Position numbers and translations under genes: made by a program
Origin: Candidatus Kaiserbacteria bacterium
Lineage (GTDB): Bacteria > Patescibacteriota > Minisyncoccia > Phycocordibacterales > Phycocordibacteraceae
Assembly (NCBI GenBank): GCA_026396675.1
Contig: JAPLWI010000008.1
Span: 42,883-106,882, forward strand
Length of the DNA stretch: 64,000 bases
Direction: 5' to 3'
The notes under the pieces: model-generated
Told to the model about the DNA's origin: nothing
Seen by the model: the letters and a program-made list of their open reading frames with translations, nothing else
Database searches by the model: none
Part shown: one piece after another, positions 40,315 to 50,889 of the stretch
How positions within the stretch are numbered: position 1 is the first letter of the stretch
How the letters are laid out: the number at the start of each line of letters is the position of its first letter

Positions 40315-42042
40315 TTACCAGTAAGAACCACCGGACTCGTTGGAAGGAACGACCGGAATATCGCACGATGCCTTCAGTGAATTTGCATTCGCGCTGATGA
40401 GATTCATTTTGTCTAAAAGAGAACCGCCAGAAACAGTAAGTGATCCGGAAGGATTTGCAGATGCCGTTCCGAATGCCTGCGAATCCTGCAAAACGCTCGC
40501 GATATCGGAGCCAGTCGGCGACATCGTTTGAAGCGTTTGCATATCGGCTGCATAAATGTCGCCAGACGCCGCATCAGTAATGGAATTTTGTTCACTTTGT
40601 ACTTTTTGCGCCATAGCATTAGCGGTCGCGATGGTTGCGAATGCCGCCGCTATTTGATCAAGTACTGGCTTAATCTCGGTTGTAAGTGCCGTACGCGAAG
40701 CGGTTGCTTGTGCGTTACTGGCGCTTATGAATGGCGTTAAAATTTCTCCGGCCGAAGCATTCCCAGAGTAAGTTACGTTCAATAAGTCGTGTGCGGCAAC
40801 CGCCTGCGATGAACAGTAGCTCGCGAGCGTCGCTGCGCTAGTTGATGCTGTATTGGCTGCAGTGCTGATGGTATTCCACGCCGATTGATATTGAGAAATG
40901 CGACTTGCCATATCAGAGCCAATCGGAAGTGTTGCAGCATTTTGCGCTACGACGCTAGACGGCGTAGTGCCTAAGAATCCTGATGACTGATATTGCGAAA
41001 ACAAGGAGTTCCTATTTGACGAAGAAGTATTCCCAATACCGAGAAGACCGCCAGACGTACCGCCGCCGCCGAAAACGCTAAACGTAAGACCTGCCGTTTT
41101 TATGACCGCACCGATATTTCCTAAGATGCTGTTGATTTCAGAAGCCGTGCTCCCCATCTTGACGAGCTTGTCCTGGTCGGTGCCGAGGGCTTTATCCAGA
41201 GATGATTTTATGATCGAGCCGGGCGTTTGAATCTTGCCAGGCGAACCGTCTTTGTTTGTACAAGGATCACCAGAGCTGGAAGTGGAGCTGCCGCCGCACC
41301 ATGATTCAAAGCCCTGTCCCCAATTAAGCTCTGTGATGCGAGTGGACTGCGCGCCGCTGACAACAGAAGCGAGCTCGTTCTGCGAATTTTGATAGAGAGT
41401 GTAAGGATTATTCTGATTCTGTGTAGTGAGTGCAAACCATTCTTTTACGCCGCCTTGCGACCAATCGCCAGCGAGAAACTTATTAACATTCGGCGACGAT
41501 TTGGCGAGTGTGCATTGATTGGCGGCGAAGAATCCTGCCATACTCGTATTCTGAAGATAATTTGTGGTAAGAGAGGAAGTAATTGAGGCGGCGAAAGGTG
41601 AGTTGAGACCTTTTAGTCGCGCAAAAAAAGCGAGTGCCTGCGTGTCGCCGACTGTTTGGAGTGTCCCCGGCAAATTTGTCACAAACTGTGCTTTGCCAGA
41701 GCCGTTAGTATTTCCATTTACGAATCCAACTACACTCGCGGTAATTGACTTCAGTAAATTTCCTGACAACGCGAATGCAAGCGGCTGAAGCACGTAGGAG
41801 TTGACCTGTTGTGCGACGGTCGCGGCGGCGATGACGGGAGCTGCAATGGCCGTAATGGTATTCTTAACGGCGCTGATGGTGCTCTCTAATGTGGTTTTAA
41901 TATTTGTATATAAATTTGGTCCAATTTCTTCTACTGCTTCCTGCGCACGAACTTGTTGCGGTGCAATTAGAAAAACAGAAGGTGCAACAAGTGTAATAGT
42001 GAGGAGTATTGCAAGTGCCGATATTGAAAAGTGCGATTTCAT
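40315..42042 (-). CDS. Large secreted or membrane-anchored hypothetical protein
   Basis: Signal peptide; Cys pairs; S/T/A-rich. Confidence 0.7.
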   Translation of the reverse strand: MKSHFSISALAILLTITLVAPSVFLIAPQQVRAQEAVEEIGPNLYTNIKTTLESTISAVKNTITAIAAPVIAAATVAQQVNSYVLQPLAFALSGNLLKSITASVVGFVNGNTNGSGKAQFVTNLPGTLQTVGDTQALAFFARLKGLNSPFAASITSSLTTNYLQNTSMAGFFAANQCTLAKSSPNVNKFLAGDWSQGGVKEWFALTTQNQNNPYTLYQNSQNELASVVSGAQSTRITELNWGQGFESWCGGSSTSSSGDPCTNKDGSPGKIQTPGSIIKSSLDKALGTDQDKLVKMGSTASEINSILGNIGAVIKTAGLTFSVFGGGGTSGGLLGIGNTSSSNRNSLFSQYQSSGFLGTTPSSVVAQNAATLPIGSDMASRISQYQSAWNTISTAANTASTSAATLASYCSSQAVAAHDLLNVTYSGNASAGEILTPFISASNAQATASRTALTTEIKPVLDQIAAAFATIATANAMAQKVQSEQNSITDAASGDIYAADMQTLQTMSPTGSDIASVLQDSQAFGTASANPSGSLTVSGGSLLDKMNLISANANSLKASCDIPVVPSNESGGSYW

Positions 42043-43064
42043 GATTTTTGTTTTGCCGTCATATCACTTATGAGATTTACGAGAGAGGCGCCAGGAGTAT
42101 CTTTTGTGAGAGAAATGCCGGCATTTGCGTATATTTCTCCAATATTTATAAACGCATTTCTGAGTGCGAGTACCGCCTGCGGATACTGGTTTAGTGCGAG
42201 GATAGTTGCCAAAGGATCGTCGTTCACGCGCGTGAAGTCGGTTGTTATTTCACCAATGCGCATCATCGCATTGATAAGTGCGAGGTCGGCGGTGGCGAGT
42301 TCTTTCGGCACAGGAAGAACCGCGAGTCCGGCAGCGCTATTCCGATATGCTTTCGCTATCGAAGCGATATGAGGAAGTGTGGTGGCGTCATTATTCTGAA
42401 CTGCCGATGTAAGATAATTGATTTCACTGGTTGTCGCGTTGCTAGTATTCTTCAAAAGTACAGCTTCTGCGCTTACCGCAAACGCTTTAAGTGTGTCTGT
42501 GCCGGAACCAGAAACTGTGAGGTCTTCTACTGTTTTAAAATCGGGTGCGGCGGCAATGGCTGACGAGAAAGAGTTTAATGCTTCATTTGAAATGGCTGAG
42601 ATATCGCTCTCAGAAAGTTCCTTGCCGCCGTTGGCACTCTTTGCCGAAAGATAGAGAGTAATGAAATTTTTTGCGAAAGCGGCAGTGAGAGTATCGTCGG
42701 CTGGAGCCGGCGGAAGCGAGCTGCCTACGATCGCGGACGTGTCTGGTGAAGAAGTGGCGACTTTTATATCAGCGATTGCTTTTGGTACGATAAGCCCTTT
42801 CGTAACTGCCTCACCGTCGGTCATTCCGAGATGAAGAGAATCAGCATTGTTCGGATTCGTTCCGTATAGCGCCTCTTCCCAGTTAGGAAGACCATCGTTG
42901 TCAGAATCCTTCGTCGCGATTGCTTTTAAGAGTGCCGTTTCGGCCGAGGCCTCGGCCACAGGAGGCGATGTAATGCCGCGTGCGAGCACGAATGCGCCGA
43001 TAATAAGCGCTACCGAAAAGAGCGTTGCGGCCGGAACACGCCAATGTTCGAGAATCCTTCCCAT
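42039..43064 (-). CDS. Membrane-anchored protein with thrombospondin type-3-like Ca-binding repeat
   Basis: DSDNDGLPNWEEALYGTNPNNADS. Confidence 0.7.
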   Translation of the reverse strand: MGRILEHWRVPAATLFSVALIIGAFVLARGITSPPVAEASAETALLKAIATKDSDNDGLPNWEEALYGTNPNNADSLHLGMTDGEAVTKGLIVPKAIADIKVATSSPDTSAIVGSSLPPAPADDTLTAAFAKNFITLYLSAKSANGGKELSESDISAISNEALNSFSSAIAAAPDFKTVEDLTVSGSGTDTLKAFAVSAEAVLLKNTSNATTSEINYLTSAVQNNDATTLPHIASIAKAYRNSAAGLAVLPVPKELATADLALINAMMRIGEITTDFTRVNDDPLATILALNQYPQAVLALRNAFINIGEIYANAGISLTKDTPGASLVNLISDMTAKQKS

Positions 43065-43129
43065 GGTACTTCCATTTAGTATAACAGTCGTGGAAAGAGA
43101 GTGGGTACGGAATTGGTATAAATAGTGTA

Positions 43130-43879
43130 TTAGACCTTGCTCAAAGTAAGCCAATCGGAAAGCGGCACGTCTTCTGCACGTGCTTTTTCTGGAATATTGC
43201 CGCACGGAAGTCCAGCATCTTCTAAATTGCTTCGTACAAATTTACGCTTATGTGCAAATCCGGCGTGAATGAGCTTGAAAAATTGCTGTTCCGATTCTTG
43301 TGAATAAAAATTCATGCGTGAAATATCGCGAATAGTTAGTACAGCCGAATCAACTTTCGGCGCGGGTTTGAATGCCCCGCGTGGAACTGTGAATTCATAT
43401 TTTGGTGTGCCGTATGCTTTTACCGAAAGCGATAAAATGCTTTCCTTCTTATCTCGGGCGATTCTCTCTGCCACCTCTTTTTGCACTAGAAGTGTCATTG
43501 CGCTCGGCTGGTTTTCTGATTCAAGAAACATTCTAAAAATCTCTCCGGTGAGATAATACGGAATGTTCGCAACGAGAGTGTAACATTTGGGGAATGTAGA
43601 AATATCAAAAGTACGAATATCGCCATGAATGAGTTCTAATCGTCCTGAAGCAATTTCATTTGCAAAATCAATTTGCAGTTTTTCAAAAAGTTCTTTGTCC
43701 GCTTCAATCGCGATAACTTTGCCCGCCCGCTGCAGCAGCGGGCGGGTGAGCATTCCAGTACCAGGACCAATTTCGAGTACTGTCGCGCCCGACGCTATCT
43801 TTGCGGTGTCCGCAATGCGCTTCGCAATGTGCGCATGCATCAAGAAATTTTGCCCGAGCGATTTTTTTGCGTATGTCAT
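43130..43879 (-). CDS. rsmA: 16S rRNA m6,2A dimethyltransferase
   Basis: KKSLGQNFL, VLEIGPGTG, VANIPY. Confidence 0.96.
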   Translation of the reverse strand: MTYAKKSLGQNFLMHAHIAKRIADTAKIASGATVLEIGPGTGMLTRPLLQRAGKVIAIEADKELFEKLQIDFANEIASGRLELIHGDIRTFDISTFPKCYTLVANIPYYLTGEIFRMFLESENQPSAMTLLVQKEVAERIARDKKESILSLSVKAYGTPKYEFTVPRGAFKPAPKVDSAVLTIRDISRMNFYSQESEQQFFKLIHAGFAHKRKFVRSNLEDAGLPCGNIPEKARAEDVPLSDWLTLSKV

Positions 43880-45813
43880 AGAATAACCGTCTCTTTTTCA
43901 TCTTCATCATAAAGCATAAGCGACGAATCAATATCAGCGAGAAAAGAAGATGGCTCTGTCAGAAAATCATTTCCATAAATTTTACGAACGCGCGCCAAGG
44001 TGAGAAAAAGTCGTTCTTTCGCGCGCGTCATCGCGACATAAAAGAGCCGCCGCTCTTCTTCTTCATCTCTATCTTTGTTTCCCATCCCACTGTGCGGGAA
44101 TAACCCCTCTTCCATACCGCTGATAAAAACCGTGTTGAATTCGAGACCCTTTGCCGCGTGCACAGTCATCAAGGTGACTCCTGCCCTCAAGGAGTCACCT
44201 CGCTGCGAGGTGTCACCTTGATGAAGATCCATCTCGTCCTGGTCGCTTGCGAGAGCGGTTTCAGCAAGAAATAAAGCAATGCTTTCTTTACCTTTAACTG
44301 CGTCATGCCGCGTAGCGACTGAGGCGAGCTCTTCAACATTTTCAAATCGTTCTCTATCCTCCTCGCTTCCTTCGTCAGAAAGCGCCAGGTGCATGCCGCT
44401 CTTTTCAATCACCATTTTTACAAATTCAGAAGGGGTGAGCGATTCGGCGGCGAGTGAAAGTTCTGTAATAACACGTTCAAACTTTTCAACTTTTTCGAGT
44501 TCGCCTGCGCGCAGTTGTGCGCGCTGCCCCGCCGCGAGTTTCCCGAGCGTTATGTGACCAATCCCGCGTGGCGGCGAAGTCACCGCGCGAATTTTATCAA
44601 CTTCGCGCGATGGATCTAGTGCGAGTCGTATCCACGCGAGCACATCTTTCACTTCTTTACGTGCGAAAAAATGCGTGCCGAGTAATCTGTATGGTACTCC
44701 TGCATTAAGAAGACCTTCTTCTAATGCCCGCGATTGGAAATTAGTTCGGAAAAGTATCGCAATCTCTTCGGGCTTAATGCCACTTTGCATTAATTCACGA
44801 ACTTTCGCAGCAATCCAGCGCGCTTCATCTTCGGCAGAACGCGTCATATGAATCACGATGGGTTCACCTGTAGGGCGTTCTGTTTTTGAAAATTTTTCTT
44901 TGCGATTTTTATTTTTCTCAATAACAGCGTTCGCCGCATTAACTAAATTTTTTGTTGAACGATAATTTTGTTCCAAAATAATTGTCTGTGCCTTTGGATA
45001 GGTCTTATCAAACTCCAGTAGATTTTCAATAGTCGCGCCGCGCCATGTATAAATTGTTTGATCTATATCGCCGACAACGAAAAGATTTTTGTGTTTTGCC
45101 GCTAGTATATTCGCGAGACGCCCTTGGAGCGCATTTGTGTCCTGATATTCGTCAATATGAATATAACGCCAGCGATTCTGCGCCAATTCGCGAACATCGG
45201 CGTGTGTTTCAAGCAACCGTACCGGAAGAGCGATAAGATCATCAAAATCAAACGCCTTTTCTTCTTTCAGAGTGTTTTCATATCTGCGCCATGCTTCTGC
45301 AGTAATGCGATTGCCGAAACCTGATCGCGCGTGCTTCTCATAAAATTCATCGACCGTTATTCCCTCCCCTTTCGCGCGTGAAATACGTCCGAGTATGGCT
45401 CGCGGAGAAAATTCTTTTGCTCCAACATCGAGCGCTTTCAATGCTTTCGCAATTGCCTTTTCCGAATCGTTGCGGTCGTACACACTGAAAAAACGCGGGA
45501 CTTTAATTACATTTCCATAATTTTCTAAAAGCTCACGACCAAGGCCATGAAAGGTTGCGATAAAAGGCAATGACGACTTTTCTTCTGTTCCAAGCATATG
45601 CTGGACTCGTTGTCGCATCTCGCGAGCGGCTTTATTGGTGAAAGTCACCGCGAGAATCTGGTCGGCCAGTACTCCCTCGCGGATAAGGTGATAAATGCGC
45701 GTCGTGAGCACACGCGTTTTCCCGCTACCGGCACCAGCGAGCACGGAAATTGGGCCATCGGTCGCCAACACCGCGCGTTTTTGTTCCTCATTTAATCCTT
45801 CAAGGTATTTCAC
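43876..45813 (-). CDS. pcrA: UvrD/PcrA DNA helicase
   Basis: LAGAGSGKT, IDEYQDTN, HAAKGLEF, EEERRLFYVA.TRA. Confidence 0.95.
   Translation of the reverse strand: MKYLEGLNEEQKRAVLATDGPISVLAGAGSGKTRVLTTRIYHLIREGVLADQILAVTFTNKAAREMRQRVQHMLGTEEKSSLPFIATFHGLGRELLENYGNVIKVPRFFSVYDRNDSEKAIAKALKALDVGAKEFSPRAILGRISRAKGEGITVDEFYEKHARSGFGNRITAEAWRRYENTLKEEKAFDFDDLIALPVRLLETHADVRELAQNRWRYIHIDEYQDTNALQGRLANILAAKHKNLFVVGDIDQTIYTWRGATIENLLEFDKTYPKAQTIILEQNYRSTKNLVNAANAVIEKNKNRKEKFSKTERPTGEPIVIHMTRSAEDEARWIAAKVRELMQSGIKPEEIAILFRTNFQSRALEEGLLNAGVPYRLLGTHFFARKEVKDVLAWIRLALDPSREVDKIRAVTSPPRGIGHITLGKLAAGQRAQLRAGELEKVEKFERVITELSLAAESLTPSEFVKMVIEKSGMHLALSDEGSEEDRERFENVEELASVATRHDAVKGKESIALFLAETALASDQDEMDLHQGDTSQRGDSLRAGVTLMTVHAAKGLEFNTVFISGMEEGLFPHSGMGNKDRDEEEERRLFYVAMTRAKERLFLTLARVRKIYGNDFLTEPSSFLADIDSSLMLYDEDEKETVIL
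44170..44220. repeat. Three tandem AGG(T/A)GnCACCT-type units in frame in pcrA
   Basis: CAAGGTGACTCCTG / CAAGGAGTCACCTCG / CGAGGTGTCACCTTG. Confidence 0.75.
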
Positions 45814-45987
45814 TATCGGACTATACCGCAAAATCACTCTCCACAGACGTCTGATAAGTCGGTTGACTCACGGTTCTCACTAGTTATACTTCTGGTATCG
45901 CTGATTAGATTGTATGAAAGAAATGGCTTATGTCTTGTATATAAGCCATTTTTGTATGCGCTGACCCACCGTCTTCTCTAAGTTTCC

Positions 45988-47043
45988 ATTAATTTCAACC
46001 AAAAAATTCTCATATTAGGATTCGCGGGTTTAACGGCCACTGCGGCATTCTTACCGAATCATGCAGACGCCTTTTGGCCTTTTTCTACGAACGCAAGTGC
46101 GGCAGCGAATGTTTTTATACCCACTTCTTCAACGCCGACGCTCCATGCCGCAATAAATTTTGACCCGAATCCGAATAAGGGTTTCGGCGACATTGTTCAA
46201 ACAAGTGACAACGCAATGATTGCTTACACCGGTCCGTCGGGTACGATTGCCGATGTTGCGAGTTCTACGCCATCTGACCGTATTTCAATCTATGTCGTGC
46301 GCCCGGGCGATACTCTTTCAGATATCGCGGATATGTTCGACGTCTCGATAAATACCATTATTTGGGCTAATAATCTCTCTGGAGTAAAAGATGCTCATCC
46401 GGGCGATACACTCATAATTCTTCCGATTTCTGGCATTAAACGCACTATTGTAAAAGGTGACACATTTAAATCACTTGCAAAAAAATATGGCGCTGATGCA
46501 AAGGAAATCGCGCAATTCAATGGCCTTGATTTGTCAGAACCGCTCGCGATTGGTTCAACGATTATTATCCCTGGCGGAGAGGTCGCACCTGTGGCGCCAA
46601 AAAGTTCATCGCGTCGCGTAGCAAGTGAGCCGTATATTGGCGGAAGCGGCAGCGCACAGACCGGTTACTATAGTAATCCTGTGCCTGGTGCTCTTATCAC
46701 GCAGAGAGTTCATGGTTGGAATGCTGTAGATCTCGGGGCCGCGCGTGGCACGCCGATTCATGCTGCCGCTGATGGCACTATTATCATCGCGCGCAGTAAT
46801 GGCGGTTGGAATGGTGGTTACGGTAATTATGTCGTCATCACGCACGAGAATGGCACTCAAACACTGTATGGCCACATGACGCACGCAATTGTTTCGTCTG
46901 GGCAGTCGGTTTCATCCGGTCAGGTTATTGGCTATGTCGGGTCAACTGGCGAATCCACTGGACCGCACCTCCACTTTGAAGTCCGTGGTGCAACTAATCC
47001 ATTCCGCAATTGCCGAGTCGGCAGCGTTTGTTCTCCTCAATAG
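45988..47043 (+). CDS. LysM x2 plus M23 peptidase (probable ATT start)
   Basis: YVVRPGDTLS LysM; H..VD and HLHFEV M23 motifs; frame open from 45982 and encodes a signal peptide. Confidence 0.88.
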   Translation: MNFNQKILILGFAGLTATAAFLPNHADAFWPFSTNASAAANVFIPTSSTPTLHAAINFDPNPNKGFGDIVQTSDNAMIAYTGPSGTIADVASSTPSDRISIYVVRPGDTLSDIADMFDVSINTIIWANNLSGVKDAHPGDTLIILPISGIKRTIVKGDTFKSLAKKYGADAKEIAQFNGLDLSEPLAIGSTIIIPGGEVAPVAPKSSSRRVASEPYIGGSGSAQTGYYSNPVPGALITQRVHGWNAVDLGAARGTPIHAAADGTIIIARSNGGWNGGYGNYVVITHENGTQTLYGHMTHAIVSSGQSVSSGQVIGYVGSTGESTGPHLHFEVRGATNPFRNCRVGSVCSPQ

Positions 47044-47061
47044 ATTTTCGGCATAGAAACA

Positions 47062-47097
47062 AATCCCCGCGGTGCCTTCGGCGCCCCGCGGGGATCT
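47062..47097. terminator. Terminator between convergent genes
   Basis: ATCCCCGCGG...CCGCGGGGAT. Confidence 0.7.
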
Positions 47098-47098
47098 G

Positions 47099-48661
47099 TT
47101 ATTCAAACCCGAATAGGCCGCGTGGACGATACTGGAGCGCTTCGTGGACAAAAGCTGGCGTGACCACATCGACGTCGGCGAGGTCGGCAATAGTACGCGC
47201 GACGCGCATAGTGCGATGGAAACTGCGTGGTGAGAGATGTAATCGTGCGGCTGCATTCATGAGTGTTTCTTTTGCGAGTGGCGTGAAGCCGCTTTTTTCA
47301 TCAAGTTGTCTGCCAGTTAATGCCGCATTCGTAGCGCCTCGTTTCCCTGTGCGCTTTTCGGCTCGCGTGCGGGCGGCAACAACGCGCTCGCGGACTCGCG
47401 CTGATGCCTCGCCGGTTGAAAGTTTCGATAAGGTGTCGTGTGGCACAAGCGGCACTTCAATCCAAAGATCAAGACGATCAACAATAGGTCTAGAAATGCG
47501 GCGCGCTTGTTTCATCGCCGCCCGTATCGCCACGCGAGTATCGTCGGAGAGTGTGTTTGCCGGATTCATCGCCGCGACAATCATACAGTCAGCCGGAAAA
47601 GTGACGGTTGCTCGCGCCCGAGAAACAGTCACAATGCGATCCTCAAGCGGCTGTCGCAATGCTTCAAGTGTTCGTGAATCAAATTCTGGAAATTCGTCCA
47701 AAAATAGAACGCCCTTATGCGCGAGCGTTACTTCACCCGCTTTCGGAAATGTGCCACCACCTACAATCGCAACGTGCGAGATTGAGTGGTGTGGTGCGCG
47801 GAACGGCGGCCAGTAGACGGCTTCGCCATCTTGTAAAAGTCCCGCGGTCGAATGTATCGCGGTTACTTCAAGCATCTCGTCGTCGGTCAATGGTGGGAGA
47901 ATCCCCGCGAGCGCACGAGCGAGCATCGTCTTCCCAGTTCCTGGTGGACCGTAGAAAACAATATTGTGGCGACCAGCGGCAGCAATTTCAAGTGCACGTT
48001 TGGCACTTTCCTGCCCTTTCACGTCAGCGAGATCGAGCGCAGGCGGCGGCACAAGCGCGAGGCGATCGCGTACGAGGCGCGGTAATATTTTTTCTCCATT
48101 CAAATGCTGTAGAAGTTTTGCAAGTGATTCTGGTGCATACACAGCGACGCCATCGGCAAGAAGCGCTTCGCGAACATTCCCCGGTGGAACAAAAATTGTT
48201 TTAATACCGTGCCGTTTGGCGGCAAGTACTTGTGGAAGAACTCCTCGTACGCTCCTCAGTGTTCCATCGAGTGCGAGTTCTCCGATGAAAAGTATGTCCT
48301 CATGAAATGGTTCTAGATCGCCAGCGGCGATGAGATATGCGAGAGCAAGAGCGAGGTCGTAGTGTGAGCCCTCTTTTTTCAAATCCGCCGGTGAGAGCGA
48401 TAGAACAATGCGTTTATTCTGTTGCTTCGGCGGCTTGTAGCCGGAATGTCGTATCGCGGCGCTGACTCGGTCACGCGCTTCGTCAACTGCCTTATCAGCG
48501 AGACCAACGACTGAGAAATTATGTAGCCCACGTGTGAGGTCGGCTTCAACAACAATCATTTCCGCACCTGATCCGACCGGTTGTGCGGCAAGTGTCTTGG
48601 CATAACCATGCTTTGGAAGTGAAGAGGGCGTTGCAACTTGTGGTGAGCTTGTCGAATCCAT
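47099..48661 (-). CDS. comM: YifB/ComM Mg-chelatase-like AAA+ ATPase
   Basis: [45 protein letters not shown]. Confidence 0.93.
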   Translation of the reverse strand: MDSTSSPQVATPSSLPKHGYAKTLAAQPVGSGAEMIVVEADLTRGLHNFSVVGLADKAVDEARDRVSAAIRHSGYKPPKQQNKRIVLSLSPADLKKEGSHYDLALALAYLIAAGDLEPFHEDILFIGELALDGTLRSVRGVLPQVLAAKRHGIKTIFVPPGNVREALLADGVAVYAPESLAKLLQHLNGEKILPRLVRDRLALVPPPALDLADVKGQESAKRALEIAAAGRHNIVFYGPPGTGKTMLARALAGILPPLTDDEMLEVTAIHSTAGLLQDGEAVYWPPFRAPHHSISHVAIVGGGTFPKAGEVTLAHKGVLFLDEFPEFDSRTLEALRQPLEDRIVTVSRARATVTFPADCMIVAAMNPANTLSDDTRVAIRAAMKQARRISRPIVDRLDLWIEVPLVPHDTLSKLSTGEASARVRERVVAARTRAEKRTGKRGATNAALTGRQLDEKSGFTPLAKETLMNAAARLHLSPRSFHRTMRVARTIADLADVDVVTPAFVHEALQYRPRGLFGFE

Positions 48662-49008
48662 TATAAATGTTCGGTGCAGGTTGTGGCGGCAGGATCGGCC
48701 TCGAGACGTGCTTCTTCTATTTTTTCACCACACACTTCGCACTTTCCATAGGTTCCTTTTTCAATTCGTAAAAGCGCGGCGAGAATAGTATCGTAGTGTG
48801 CTTCGAGATCTGCTAGGATGGCCGCGTCGTTTTCGCGATTAACGATGATGTCCGCCTGGTCAACAATATCTGACTCAACATTTTCTTCGAGTGGTGCCGG
48901 TTCCCAATCATTTGGAACGAGAGGATTTCTGCGACCGATAGTTCCCATCGCTGACTCCAATCTTATTTTTTCTTCTTCCAATTTTTTTCTAAAATGTTCG
49001 GTTTTCAT
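48661..49008 (-). CDS. TraR/DksA zinc-finger protein
   Basis: [27 protein letters not shown]. Confidence 0.88.
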   Translation of the reverse strand: MKTEHFRKKLEEEKIRLESAMGTIGRRNPLVPNDWEPAPLEENVESDIVDQADIIVNRENDAAILADLEAHYDTILAALLRIEKGTYGKCEVCGEKIEEARLEADPAATTCTEHL

Positions 49009-49020
49009 GCAGGAATACTA

Positions 49021-50274
49021 TCACCGTTGCGCTTTCGCATTCGCAAGGCGATTTAAAATTTCAGTAAATGCTGACGGCGTGCGCGCGATGATGAGCGTCG
49101 CTTGATTCCAGTAGCCGTAGAGAAGGACACTCCGGCCAGCTGCATCGCGATAGATGCGCACATCATGATTACCGATGACTTCATCGCGGAAACTGGCGAT
49201 GGCTGTTGGAGTAGTTGTTGACGCAACTTTTTGCGTTGTTGTCGCGGTTGTTGCTTTCGTTTTAACTTTTGGTGTAGTTGTTGCTGTTGTCGTCGCTACT
49301 GCTGACGACGTTGTTGTGCTTACGATTGGGACAACGTATGGCGGAAAGAGCTCCGTAAGATCTCGTGGCATTGATGATTCCCATGAGAGCATTCCGGAGA
49401 ATGTCTCGCCGTATGAAGCGACAGAAAGAATAAAAAATGGGCTTTGGCCTGTCCCGAGAGTGTTTGAGGGATTGCCTCCAACATTCACGACGCCAGCCAT
49501 ACTGCCGTCAGTTTTCAGATTACGTATAAGAACATCGGGCGCTGGCGTTTGGAGCGCAGAAAAGACATTGTCTCCAGAAGTCATATAGAGAAATCGAATA
49601 GAGCCAGAAGCGATGAGACGGTTTACTGATTGTTCGATTGCTTGTATTAAAGCGGTACCGACGCCGGAGATTTCTTGGCGATCATCTACAGCAATTGGCG
49701 CTGATACTGCCGGCGTAAAAATAACCGGTGCGATTGCAGCCAAATGTTTTGTGTATGTGATATACACACCAACTCCACCAGCGACAATAAGTACAGCTCC
49801 GGCAATCGTGTACAACATATTGCTACGCGAATGCCTCACCGATTCGGGCGTTTCTATTTTCTCGGGTAGCGCGTCCTGCTCAGCTGCTAAAACTGTCACT
49901 GGTGAAGCGTGTTCTTCTTTCATCCGATCCGAGAAATCGCTCTCATAGGTCTTGATTGGTGACTCTCCATCGGCGACTTTTGGTGGAAGAGGAATCGGTT
50001 TCTCTTCTTCTGGTTCTGGTAATGGAGGAGATAACGGTTCATCTCTGGATAATGGAACGGATAGCGGAGATGCAGAAACATGTCCCTCGTTCGATGAAGG
50101 AATTGGTCCGCCGGTCGGCAGAGGTGTAACGGGCGATGCTTCAATTAATCGTTCTGGTGGAGTTGGTGGCGGTTTTGATTCTGAAAGAGGAACGAGATCG
50201 GGCATGCCGCCTTTTTTCAGCATCTCCATATCGCCAGCAAAAGTGCGAATATATTTTTTCGGTTGCGTGTCCAT
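49021..50274 (-). CDS. CPR-type membrane-anchored hypothetical protein
   Basis: IRTF..D repeats, one TM, FSGMLSWE domain. Confidence 0.7.
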   Translation of the reverse strand: MDTQPKKYIRTFAGDMEMLKKGGMPDLVPLSESKPPPTPPERLIEASPVTPLPTGGPIPSSNEGHVSASPLSVPLSRDEPLSPPLPEPEEEKPIPLPPKVADGESPIKTYESDFSDRMKEEHASPVTVLAAEQDALPEKIETPESVRHSRSNMLYTIAGAVLIVAGGVGVYITYTKHLAAIAPVIFTPAVSAPIAVDDRQEISGVGTALIQAIEQSVNRLIASGSIRFLYMTSGDNVFSALQTPAPDVLIRNLKTDGSMAGVVNVGGNPSNTLGTGQSPFFILSVASYGETFSGMLSWESSMPRDLTELFPPYVVPIVSTTTSSAVATTTATTTPKVKTKATTATTTQKVASTTTPTAIASFRDEVIGNHDVRIYRDAAGRSVLLYGYWNQATLIIARTPSAFTEILNRLANAKAQR

Positions 50275-50315
50275 TCACTACCTATAGTAGCGTACCTTAG
50301 ACCAGTGAAAATGAG

Positions 50316-50831
50316 TTATCCTCGTGAAGTGATTGTGAATTTCTTCGGATCATCACACATGTCTGTAAATGCGTGCGCCGCTTCTTTGAGTTTGCTCGAT
50401 GAGGATTTTCCGAAAGAGATTACCTCAACCTGACATCCCTCATTCATATCCAAATACTGGATAAGAGGAACGAAATCACCGTCGCCAGTGGCGAGCACAA
50501 CCGTGTCGAGTTTTGGAGCGAGCTTGACTGCATCAATTGCTAAGCCAACATCCCAGTCGGCCTTCTTGGCGCCATCAGCGAATACCTGAAGGTCTTTCAT
50601 CTTTGTTTCTATGCCCATTTTAGTGAGCGCTTCAAAAAAACTCTTTTCTTCGCCGCTTTCTGTTGAAATCACGTAGGCGATTGCGCGCACCAGAATACGG
50701 CCGCCAACCGCTTCTTCAAGGATTTTATTGAAATTCACGCGCGCCTTGTAGAGATGTTTAGCACTATGATAAAGATTTTGCGTGTCAATGAATACGCCCA
50801 CACGCTGGGCTGGATGTTTGATAACTGCCAT
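50316..50831 (-). CDS. NYN domain (LabA/DUF88) protein
   Basis: VFIDTQNLY, KADWDV, TGDGDF. Confidence 0.9.
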   Translation of the reverse strand: MAVIKHPAQRVGVFIDTQNLYHSAKHLYKARVNFNKILEEAVGGRILVRAIAYVISTESGEEKSFFEALTKMGIETKMKDLQVFADGAKKADWDVGLAIDAVKLAPKLDTVVLATGDGDFVPLIQYLDMNEGCQVEVISFGKSSSSKLKEAAHAFTDMCDDPKKFTITSRG

Positions 50832-50889
50832 AAAAAATAAATATTATGAAAATAAAATAATAAAAAGGAACTGGTATTCCCTACTCATA

